A DNA stretch of 64,000 nucleotides from Sarea resinae (lineage: Eukaryota), in NCBI GenBank assembly GCA_026026165.1, contig JAPEUD010000061.1, forward strand, positions 62,001-126,000, given 5' to 3'. Shown here one piece after another: positions 24,412 through 35,512 of this stretch (its first letter is position 1; the number at the start of each line of letters is the position of its first letter). The notes beneath the pieces are model-generated. The model saw only the letters and a list, made by a program, of their open reading frames with translations, had not been told where the DNA came from and ran no database searches. Made by a program: the position numbers and the translations under genes.

Positions 24412-25000
24412 GATGATAGTTGTTGACAGGGTGAAGATACCTTTGAAAGTCCCTGCGTCGAGGTGTATTGTCTGTCTATTGTTTTAAGAAGCTATGGAGG
24501 ACTAATGTTTCGGGCGTACTCCGTACCTGACCGGCAATGATGGTGGATGGTAGATGGTGGCTGTGCTTTGACTGGGGAGTGGTACATCGATGGCTAAGCC
24601 CCAGGCCGCCACGTCGATCTGATGCAGCTTAGCGCTTGGCGATGGCGCTTCCACAGTAGGCCACAGTAGGGGGAGGTGGGGCAGAAAGCTTGAACCGGTT
24701 CGACAGCAACTCAGCCACAGACGGTGGTTTGATCGCCCCAGACGCTGCCGTCCCTTGATGCTGTTCATTGTACATGGTAAAGATGATGAGATTCACCATG
24801 ATGCGGTGGCGGTGACGAACTTGGAAGACACTGGTGGTGACATGGGCGGTTTGATGATCTCATCGCGGCAAGTGCGACTAAGGAGCTCGGTGGGGTGCTT
24901 GACCCAACGAGACGAGGAGAGACCCTGAAGATCATCCTCAATTGAGATCGGCGGGACTGAGGGCGGAGGGCGGAGGTCTCAGTCCCTTGGGTAGTTCTGG

Positions 25001-25487
25001 TAGGGGCCACGTACCACTTTGCATGATGCCAATGGTATCAGGTGTGCGCCATCGTGTTTGACTACCTAAGGTAGGTAATTGAAGGGATCGCTGGGTGATG
25101 GAGTGGCAGGGAAACATGTACGAATGCACGAATGTACGAGATACGAATAGTGGGTGGAGTCCGTCGGGGAGGATCCAGAGCTTATTCCCCTCGGCCTGTA
25201 CCGACCTCCACCGACCTCCACCGACCTCCCTTCCATTGCCCCTTGTTGGTTCCATCATGCATCGACGAATAGGCCAGCACGGGTGCACTTCTACTTCGTA
25301 CTTCGACCAAAGTTACTCGACCTCGTCAACTCGGAGGCGCTGTACTTGTATTCCTTGTATTCACGTCCATGACCAATGAACCTTGTGGGGGACCGCCTGA
25401 GCCCATTGGGAGGTGCGAAGGCGTGAATGTGAGACAGACCACGGAGGGAGGGGCTTCAGGCCCAGAGCGACATATAAGAATGCCCCT
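25001..25487 (+). promoter_or_regulatory. CipC promoter with five STRE-like AGGGG/CCCCT elements and a TATA-like box
   Basis: AGGGG at 25002 and 25449, CCCCT at 25187, 25239 and 25483, CATATAAG near 25471, and (ACCGACCTCC)x3 at 25200-25229. Confidence 0.45.
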
Positions 25488-25633
25488 CCTCCTCCTGTCC
25501 CACCGTCCTTCTTTTTCATCCTCATCCTCATCCTCATCCTCATCCTCATCTACTACTTTCTCGATCAGTCAATCTGTCTGAGCTCTACCTACAATCAAGA
25601 ACATCATCCCATCTCTCCTACACAACATTCAAA

Positions 25634-26171
25634 ATGGTTTTCGGCTGGGGTAAGTTTCGCTGGCCGGTTCTACAGCGGGGACCATGCTGAACACTGCACC
25701 CTCTAGGTGAATCTCAAGACGCCTATCAACAGGTCTACCAGCAGGGCGGCGGGTACGACCAACCGGACAACCAGGCAAAGTTCTCCCACGAATTGGTTGC
25801 CGGCGGCGCTGCTTTCGAGGGCTTCAAGCTCTTCGAAGACCATCAGCGTAATGAGGGTGAGCTGCCCTTCACTTCCAGATCGACATTGTCCTTGCAGAAG
25901 CTGACCCGATCTCTCTACCACAGGCAAGCCCGTATCTCACCAATTCGCCAAGGAGCTCCTAGCTGGCTTCGTTGGTGGAGAGGTCGACAAGTTGGCCGAG
26001 ACCAAGGGTATGAATGCATACGACCGCGAGCGTGCCCAGCACCAAGCCAAGGAGAACGCTCGTAACATGTACGATGAGCACTACGTCAACAACCAACAGG
26101 CCGACCAGTACGACCCCAACCAGTATGGTGGGCCCGACCACATCAACCAGCAATACGGCACCAACTACTGA
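25634..26171 (+). CDS. cipC: CipC-like protein (DUF3759 family)
   Basis: Three exons splice to MVFGWGESQDAYQQVY...AKFSHELVAGGAAFEGFKLFEDHQRNEGKPVSHQFAKELLAGFVGGEVDKLAETKG...YDEHY...YGTNY*. Only a fragment appears in the ORF track. Confidence 0.92.
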
Positions 26172-26794
26172 GCGGATGGCTCAGTGCTGGACTGCCATTG
26201 CCTCAATATAGCTGCGAATGGGCCTGGGATGACAGGGTTGTCCGTGGCTTTCTGGCTGTATCCAGCTTAGCTAGTTTATGAGAATCACGAATGCAAATGC
26301 CGATGAATCAATGACTATGATTGCGAATACGGTAGAATTGACTGTTCTATTGTTGATGTGAGAAGCAGCCGAATCGTCAAGTCATCCGTGGCCGTATCGC
26401 AGTAGTTGATGGACTATCGTATCCACATCTCACATGATGTGAAGGAGCATATCGTGGAAACTGCTCCGGGAGTATTTGCACTGCCATGATGGACGGTGAT
26501 TACATCTATATGGACTGGAGGCACTGTTGACACAAAGTACCTCCTTGGCGAATACATCGGTTTACATCACCGCCACGTGCTTGGTCCGTGCACCACCGTT
26601 TGTGCATTGTGCAACTTGCATGCTGTACAATTCCCCGAATGAGCTCCGTCGATCATTCAATCTTTCTTGAAACAATGCCAAGCAACTGCCAGTTGCCTCA
26701 ATCCCAAAGCTGAAGGCCACGGGAACTGTATGGCTACTCGTCAATAGAGCTACACTCTTTGGTTGCACCGCACAATGCGTTTGAGTCTGCCAAG

Positions 26795-29700
26795 ATGAAA
26801 TTCGCAAAGTTGGTTTTGACCATGATTGCATCCCTTGATCGATTCCGAGCTGATTGGTGACAGGGAATTGGAGCAGGACTTGGTGCCTGAATGGAGAGCC
26901 AAATACCTCAATTATAAGGTAGTCTACTGCGACATCTGTAGCTCTGGTGTACAGTGACTGACGAGTTAATCCCACAGCTTGGAAAGAAGAAGGTCAAAGC
27001 CGTTGCACGCGCGCTCCGAAATCTCAATCAGACCCCAAGAACCCCACGGCGTACAAATAGTATATTCTCTCCTCGGCCACCACTGAACCAGAGCTCTCTA
27101 CGCAATCGTTTATTGGTCCAGGATGGTTTGTCCTTTCCACTTCGAAAAAAGCATTTGGAGGGACTCATGCTAAGTTGTGATCAGAAACCGAATCCGACAC
27201 AGCACTCGCAGCTAGGGACACGCAGTTGACAGAGGAACAAGAGGAAGAGCGCACCGGCACAGTTCGACGCAAGAGAAACTCTCCGATCAGTGCTTCCGAA
27301 AGGCAGCCCTTGAACACTTCTGGATATGGCACCAATTCACCGCCCATGGGATCGCGGTTGACGAGATACGGCAGCATAATCGGAAGTCCGCCGAAGTATG
27401 ATCCGCTGCCTGGGCCTCCATCTTTGGAGCTACCAGATCCAGCTCTTGACCCTGGCGATCGATCTTCGCTCCGAAAGAGTCGCTACTCGAGGCTCCAACA
27501 GTTTGCGCCGCTGAGCAGACAAAACTACTCGCGGAATACAGGATCTGCGGGATCGGATGGGAGCGCCTATGAAGCTGGGGAAACACGTCAGCCGAGCAAA
27601 TCCGCCGTTTCGAACAGGAGAGACAGTCTTCGTCTCCAGCGCAGCAATACTTTGCCTGACACGCCAAACAATCGACCTCTTATCCAGCGGATGTTCACCA
27701 CCGGAGGTCCTTTCTCGAGAGGAATGGGGGATTCTCCAAGGGGTAACAATGACGTTCCGCTAGAAGCCTATCGAGAGTTGGACCTGCGAGAATCCGAGTT
27801 TTACAAGTTCTTGGATGCGGAACTGGACAAGGTAGAGACGTTCTACAAAGTAAAAGAGGACGAAGCGACTCGTCGACTAATTACCTTGCGCGATCAACTG
27901 CACGAGATGAGGGATCGTCGGCTTGAGGAGGTCATTGCAGCGCAAAAGGCAAAGGAGAAAGTCAAACATGATCGCGAAAACCATGGCCTGCACAAGGATC
28001 ATACGAGTTCTAGCAGCGACAACGAAAACGGACAACCTTCAAACGGAAGACCAAATTGGTTCAAGCCTCTTGGAGATGCCATTGAAAGCGCCACCGGTAG
28101 TCGAATTGGCAAGAATACGAAAGCGCTGCAAGCTATGGGATCACCCGAATTTCGACGAAAACAGCAACCATTGGCACGGGGCCACCCCGTCGATTCACGA
28201 CGCGATTTCACGCGACGTCCCGTTCCTGACCACGTCGTGCCTTATCGCCTGGCGAAACGAAAGCTGAAACTGGCAGTGGCAGAGTATTATCGAGGTCTGG
28301 AATTACTCAAATCATATGCCTTGCTGAATCGAACTGCCTTTCGAAAAATCAACAAGAAGTACGACAAGACGGTCAATGCACATCCGACAGGGAGATATAT
28401 GTCAGAAAAGGTCAATAAGGCTTGGTTCGTACAAAGTGATGTGCTCGAGGGACATATCAATGCCACCGAAGATCTATATTCGCGATATTTTGAGGGGGGC
28501 AATCGTAAAGTGGCCGTTGGGAAGCTCCGACATCAAGGGTCTAGACCCGGAGAATACACGGCGAATGCTTTCCGGAACGGTTTGGCCATTGCCGCAGGAC
28601 TGGTCCTGGGAATCCAAGGATTGGTTCATGGTGCCGAGCACCTCTTCAGTCCCGATCCTACAATGAAGGTCAATGCGAGCTATTTGCTTCAGGTACGGCA
28701 AATCCTTCCCGAACCGGTATGCAAAGCTAATTCAAGTAGATCTATGCTGGATACTTCCTGTTTCTACTACTTTTTATCTTCTTTTGCCTGGCTTGTGGGG
28801 TCTGGGCACGAAATAAAATTAACTATGTCTTCGTCTTCGAGTTTGACACCCGTCACAATCTCGACTGGAGACAGCTTGCTGAGGTGAGTTTTAGATGACA
28901 GATACTTGGGATAAGTGCTTACCAACCTGCAGCTCCCTTGCTTTTTTATCTTCCTTCTCGGCCTGTTCCTTTTCCTCAATTTCCAAGCCTTCGTGTCTGA
29001 TGCCATGTTCTTGTATTGCCCGGTCATTTTGATCGGACTGACCGTTTTAATCATTTTCTTTCCTGCTCCAATTCTATACCATCGGAGTCGATCATGGTTC
29101 TTGTATTCTCATGTAAGTTAGCAACCTCTCTGCTAGATCACCATGCTAACGAATAGTAGTGGCGTTTATTGCTTTCAGGACTATATCCCGTGGAGTTCCG
29201 GGACTTCTTTCTCGGGGATATGTATGGGTCTGAGACGTACAGCATGGGGGTAAGTAGATCCTACAAAGTTATGTCCATTGCTAATCTTGCCAGAACATCG
29301 AACTCTTTTTCTGCCTTTATGCGCAAAACTGGGACGATCCATCGCATTGCAACTCGTCCCATTCAAGGCTGCTCGGATTCTTCTCGACGCTCCCCGGTAT
29401 CTGGCGAGCTCTGCAATGTCTTCGCCGGTACTACGACACCCGCAATGCGTTTCCGCATCTTGCCAATTTCGGCAAATACACCTTCACCATTCTGTACTAT
29501 ATGACTTTGAGTTTGTATCGAATCGATAGGAGCACGGCCAACAGAGCACTGTTTATCCTCTTTGCCGCTATCAATGCCACGTATTGCTGTAAGTGGTCTT
29601 CCCCAGAGGAACACAACGTTTCCGGCGCTAATTGAAGTCTAGCTATCTGGGATCTAGCGATGGATTGGAGTAAGTCTTCCTGAGGCTGTTTCCGCCTTAT

Positions 29701-30618
29701 AGATCTGACCGTAACAGGTCTATGCAATCCCTACGCTCGATATCCCTTTCTGAGAGATACTCTGGGCTATGGACAGCCCTGGCCGTATTATCTTGCTATG
29801 GTCCTCGATCCTATTCTCCGCTTCAATTGGATCTTCTACGCCATCTTTACCAACGGCCTTCAACATTCCGCCCTGCTCAGCTTCTTTGTCGCACTTTCCG
29901 AGGTATGCCGCCGGGGCATGTGGACGATATTCAGGGTAGAGGTAAGCCATTGTTCTTTTCCTGCGTTGAGTCTCCTACTGACGTCGCCGACAGAACGAAC
30001 ATTGTACCAAGTAAGATAACACTGCCAATCTCGCGACACCAATACTGACCCATCCATAGCGTCGGCCGGTTCCGCGCTTCAAGAGACGTTCCTCTTCCCT
30101 ACGACATTGCCACCCCCTCCACATCCAGTCTCGAGGAAGAGCGCACTCAAGAGAGCGCCCAAGAAAGTCACCTCGAAGAAGCTCCGTCTGCAGCCTCACC
30201 GACCCAGCACAGGCCGTCCACGACGCGAACAGCGCCCAGCCATCGCCGCCCCTCTGCGACAGCCACCGATCTCGAAAGCGGCATATCCGCGGAGCAGACT
30301 CAACAGGGACCTTCCTCACTCCGACTCCGCCGCACACGCACGCCGGGACAAGCGCCGCAAAGTCCTTTGGTCGGTCCTAGCCCCTATCAACGTGGCATCT
30401 CACGCGTGGGGACCATCATGGCACAAGCGCACGCCCAAGACTTTGAGCGGAAGAGAAAGCCCGGCGTTGGCGACGGCGAAGGGAAGGACGGATTGGGCGG
30501 TGCCGAGGATGGATCCAGTGACGAGGATGAGTTGGATGTCGATGTCGGGGTGGAAGAGAGCAATCGGGAGGTGGGAGATGCGCAGGGGATCATGCACCGG
30601 CAGCGCCGCGAGGGTTGA
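26795..30618 (+). CDS. SYG1: SPX-EXS domain protein SYG1/XPR1 (phosphate exporter family)
   Basis: Spliced N-terminus MKFAKELEQDLVPEWRAKYLNYK (SPX), plus FYKFLDAELDKVETFY, YALLNRTAFRKINKKYDK, INYVFVFEFD, YPVEFRDFFLGD, WDLAMDW and RRGMWTIFRVENEH (EXS). About 10 introns. Confidence 0.95.
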
Positions 30619-31208
30619 GCGAATACATTTCCATTCGGTAGATGTCTATATATATGTATACAGGAGATTTGGTCCTTGGAAGCATGACCGGGGAGGGCAG
30701 GAGTAGCATAATGGGAGCACGACAGGAACAGTGTAGGGATGGATCGAAGTATTGCAGTGTCCGTACTTAGTACATTACCCGCTCTGCGCAAGGCGTGCAC
30801 GTTTCTCCGCCCCAGCATCCGATTGCACCATTTCCCGCTTCTGCCGGAAACAACACCACTTGCTACTATGTACAGGACTGTGTAGTCCGTCATTTCGTGA
30901 TTCTTCTTCCTCTCTTCATCTCTTTCGCCCTCCTTCCAGACCGTCCCACGGCACCGTCAAGGGTATTTTCTCCTTCATGTATATATACACAGTCCCGTTC
31001 ATATTGGCATCCATTTAGTCTTGTAATAATAAATTGGTTCCTCTGCATGCAATTCCCCGTCCCTTTCGCCATCCCCTCCCCATCTCTCCTCCCACCCGCC
31101 CTGCAGCCAACGACCATCGTCCTCGCTCTGCTCGGCCATCAACAGCATCCCTCCTCCACCTCCGCCGCTGCCTCCGCCGCCTCAAGCTTGATCATCCTCT
31201 CCGACATC

Positions 31209-32514
31209 ATGCCCACCGGTCTCTCGCTGCTCAGCGCCCTGGGCGCCGCCTCGTTCGCGCTCTGGGTCCAGGCCGCCCAGCAACCGGACGTGTCGTCGAC
31301 GCTGCAGAACATCCTGGCGAATACGCATGGGAGTCCGTTGTATACCTATCCGACGGACCTGACGAGGGGCATTGTGCCGGTACGTGTGCCATGTGTCGTG
31401 ATTGTCGAGGAGCAAGCAGGCAAAGCTTGAATCTCTGGCGACCATGATGGGCCATCGCGATCGATTGAGGGCCGTCAATTGAGCAATGCTGAACGTGTTT
31501 GGTCTGCTGCAGAAGATGATACACTCGCACAACGACTACTGGCGCGACATTCCCTTCTACTCTGGTGTGTTTTCCTCGGCCAGACCTCTTGCCAATCGCA
31601 TGGCTGATTCAATCGTGCAGCCCTCTCTGTCGGCGCCGTCTCAGTCGAAGCAGACGTCTGGCTCTACAACGATACCCTCTACGTACGTCGAACCTCCCTC
31701 TCTCTTCTCGCACCTGAAGAAAGCAAACTGACAAGGTCCTCGGGCACCCAACAGGTTGGCCACGAAGAGTCCGCCCTCACCACGTCTCGAACCTTTGAAT
31801 CACTATACATAACCCCAATCCTCGAAACACTCCAGGCACAGAACCCACCGTCGCCGTTCCTGACCGCTCCCACCAAAAAGTAATCTTCTATCTCTTTTCC
31901 CTTTCCTAATACAAATCCACGTAAGCTCTAGCTAACGCGCATTTTCGGCTTCCAGTGGCGTCTTTGACACGGCCTCGACACAAACGCTCTATCTCTTTGT
32001 CGACGTCAAGACGGCCGGCGAGGCCACCTGGCCATCCGTCGTGTCCGCCCTCGGGCCCTTACGCGACGCCGGCTATCTAACGACGGTCAACTCCTCCGGC
32101 ATTCCCGTCCGCGGCCCCGTGACGGTCATCGGCACGGGCAACACGCCCCTGGACCAGGTGCAGACGGTCACGGCCGGGCGCGACTACTTCTACGACGCGC
32201 CGCTCCCGTTCCTGGACACGACGTTCGCCAACATCACGTCGGCCGTCAGCCCGATCGCCAGCTACGACTTCAACGCCGTCTTCGGCGCCGTGCCTGGCAC
32301 CCAGCTCAACGACATCCAGCTCGCCACGCTCCGGGCCCAGGTCGCCGCCGCCCATGCCAAGGGCATCCTGGTGCGCTACTGGGATCTACCCGGCTGGCCC
32401 ATCAGCACGCGCAATGGCATCTGGAGACAGCTCCGAAACGAGGGCGCGGATTTCGTCAACGCCGACGATCTGCTCGCGGCGGCCGGCTTCAGTGGCGAGA
32501 GCGAGTATTGGTAG
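31209..32514 (+). CDS. PLC-like phosphodiesterase, Aim6 family, with signal peptide
   Basis: Signal peptide MPTGLSLLSALGAASFALWVQA. Spliced motifs IHSHNDYWR, SVEADVWL, VGHE, LYLFVDVKT, VIGTGNTP and VRYWDLPGWP. Confidence 0.85.
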
Positions 32515-32842
32515 GGGCGGTATTCATGGGCGGGCCATTCTGGGTCCAGGTTGCGGTTGGGATTGGTCTTGGGGTCCTGGATCGCATCGTGTTGCACTTT
32601 GAATCGATCTACTGTATAGGATTGGATGGATTGGATTGGATCGGATCACACTCATACTCACACTCATACTTCTTATCAGCTAGCTAGCTAGCTAGCTAGC
32701 TAAGATAGCTAGTAGCTTAGCTCAGTCAGGTTTCAGGGCTCCGCCGCCTGACAGCTCTAATATCAGTACCGCAAAAGTTTTCAGGTTTTCAGGGAAGAGT
32801 GTTATATGAAAAAAGCAAGTAGGACAACGAAAGAGGAGTCAA

Positions 32843-32845
<3 letters not shown>

Positions 32846-32873
<28 letters not shown>
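32846..32873. repeat. (AG)n microsatellite, with a (TAGC)n tract nearby at about 32678-32702
   Basis: Directly visible perfect repeats in the convergent terminator region. Confidence 0.9.
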
Positions 32874-32878
<5 letters not shown>

Positions 32879-33151
32879 GAAGGAAAAAGGATTACAAAAG
32901 CAAAAAGGCATGGAGTCAAAACAGGAAGAAAACAAGAAACAGAAAGGTCGGACAGAGATGGATGCAGAATAGCAATCTATTATATATACATTGGGTATTT
33001 GAAGGGAGATGGGCAGATGCGGATTTGATGATACTTGTTTTGTTAGGGGTTAGATTCATCATAGAAGTAAATAGGGTCAGTATGTGAGTGGTGAGTTTGT
33101 GAATGATAGGTCTGTAAACTGCTATGCTATGCTATACTATACTATACTATA

Positions 33152-33835
33152 CTACACTCCTAAAGACTCTGACCCCCCCACAACAGAAGGATGCGCATTA
33201 TCCAGCGGGGCCTCGGCCTTGACCGCCTCCCAGATGCGATCAATGCGCTCTACAGTCCTCGGATCCAACGGCCCACCGCCGTCCGCGCCCAACACGCGCA
33301 ACGTCTCTTCCAGCTGGGCGACCCTCGACGCGCCCACGATGACGGCGTCGCCCGCCTCGGCCCGCAGCGCCGAACTATACGCGACCCAGCGGTAGGCGAG
33401 CGCGGCACGGGACAGGCGCGCCTCGGTGGCCAGGGCGTCCCAGTCGGCCAGCGCGGCCAGCAGGCTCGGGCGCGCGTACAGCCCGTGGTAGAAGGCGCCG
33501 ATGGGCGTGGCGCGCGAGGCGCGGCCCGTGGCGGCGGACGCGGAGGTGATCTGGGCCGCGCTGCTGCGGGCGAGGAAGCCGCCGGCGAGCGGCGAGTAGG
33601 CGTAGAAGGCGATGCCGAGGCGGCGGAGGAGCGGGAAGAGCGTGCGTTCGATGTGGCGGGAGAGCGGGTTGTAGTTGCCTTCGTAGCGCGTGGGGAGCAC
33701 GTAGGAATGGGCCGTGCAGATGTCGTGGATTTTTTGCACGTCGGCGGCGGGGAAGTTGGATAGGCCGAACTGGTTTTGGGGGTTCTGGATTAGTCTGCGG
33801 CCATGTTTTGGCGGTGGTGGTGGTGGTGAGAAGAG

Positions 33836-33877
<42 letters not shown>

Positions 33878-34529
33878 AACGTGTTTGAATTTGCCGCTGG
33901 CGTGGAGCTCGTTGACGGCCGCCAGCGTCTCTTCTAGCGGCGTCGTCGCATCTGGTGCGTGCAGGAAATACGTCTCGACCTATTTGAAAGAAACCGCGGC
34001 GGCGGAGTCAGTCAGTCAGCCAGTCGGGGGGTGGGTGCGAGTCTGCTTGGTTGGCCAGTCTTTGCGGCTTGGCACAATGACGAGACCCGGGCAGTTTACA
34101 AAGTACACACACTGTCGACGCCTAGTTGCTCGAGAGACTTGCGCATGCCTTCCTCGAGAGAGGTCCGGCTAAGGCAGTGCGGCTTCCATGCCGGCGCCTT
34201 GGTGTGGATCATGAAACCCTTCTTTGGCGCGCCTGTCTCGCCGATTATCTTTTCGCTGTCTGGCTGGTGGTTGTGGGTGGAGAGTGTCAGTGTTGGGAGA
34301 TACCTAGGGGGGTGGACAGGGTTTGTTGTTGTGGAAAGGAGTTTGGGTGACGGGAAATAGTGCCCGCATGGACAATAGGCAAAGCAATGCTCACGTATGT
34401 ATAGGCGGTGTCGAGGTCCTTGGCGTCGTAGCGCTCCAGCACGTCGAGCATGCCCTGTCGCACGTCCTCTGGGTATTCATTGATGGTGTAGGTGCCGAAG
34501 ATGGCGCGGATCGGGGTGAAGGAGGTCAT
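33152..34529 (-). CDS. Aldo-keto reductase, AKR7 (aflatoxin B1 aldehyde reductase)-like
   Basis: Four exons give LDTAYTY (catalytic Asp/Tyr), IHTKAP (Lys), YFLHAPD (His), FGLSNF, YEGNYN, YAYSPLAGGFL and IVGASRVAQLEE. An (AG)n tract lies in intron 3. Confidence 0.92.
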
Positions 34530-35512
34530 TTTGATATAATGATGATAATGATGATGATTCATGAAGTTGAAGCTGAAGTGGACGTTGAAGCAGTGGTGAT
34601 GGGGCCGATGACGCCAATTGGGATCGGGATCCACCCTCTCCGCGGCGCAGGAGCAGATGGCGGATCGTCATGGGTAGATCTGATCCGATCACCCCACTGA
34701 TTACGATAGCTGGATTCCGCCAGGGACGGAATACTTCTCTGCTCTCCTCTGCTCCTCTCCGCCCTCCTCTGCTCCTCTCCTCTCCGCCTCTCCCCTGGGA
34801 GCTCTTCCACCCGGGCCACGGAACGGAACGCATCCATGAGGTGCTGACAGGGGCCGAGAAGAGCGCGTACCGATACTCGGCGACTGCCACTCGCTGCGTG
34901 GCTGTTGAAGTACCCTCTACTTCGTCCTCGCACACCTGCCCCGTGTGCTAGTGGCTGCCAAGCACCCTGACACTTTACTCGGAGCGGAAACGAGATCTGG
35001 TCGCAGTGCTTCGTGCTGAATGCTCGGTACCTACACGGTACTCTACACACCGTACCTCAGAATCGGCTTCATCAGGTACTCCGGAGTACTCGACTGCTGC
35101 ACTAGAGTAGCCTGGCTGCAAGTGAGATTCAACACGAGCTACCTCGTACTTATGTTGTCCCTCTCGTATCGCACGCCCATGGCGGCCGAAAGCAGACCAG
35201 GGCAGTCCTCGACTTTGCTCTCCAATCACCGCAATTATCCTGATGGTGACCCCAGCCGTGTCTGCCACATTTGGGTGGTAGACTGACCGTGGCTAGCTGG
35301 ACGCTGCCGCAAACATGCTAATCCGTGCCCGACTAATTGGGAATATGCGCAATCTACTGCAGTAGAGGGAGATGGGCTGGGCTGGGCTGGGCTGGGCTGG
35401 GCTGGGCTGGGCTGCTTTGGGTGGGCGCAGTCTATCTTTGTATGCAGAGGCAGGTGCGCATGCAGATGCTGAATCAGAGGGCCGTCGTCCTCGTCCTAGC
35501 TCGCCCTCGATC

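Noticed and set aside
24783..24930. ATGATGA...CTGA pair resembling a C/D-box snoRNA
   Set aside because: No convincing terminal stem or recognisable rRNA guide sequence.
25200..25229. (ACCGACCTCC)x3 and other short direct repeats as CRISPR-like arrays
   Set aside because: No spacers, no cas genes, and a eukaryotic context.
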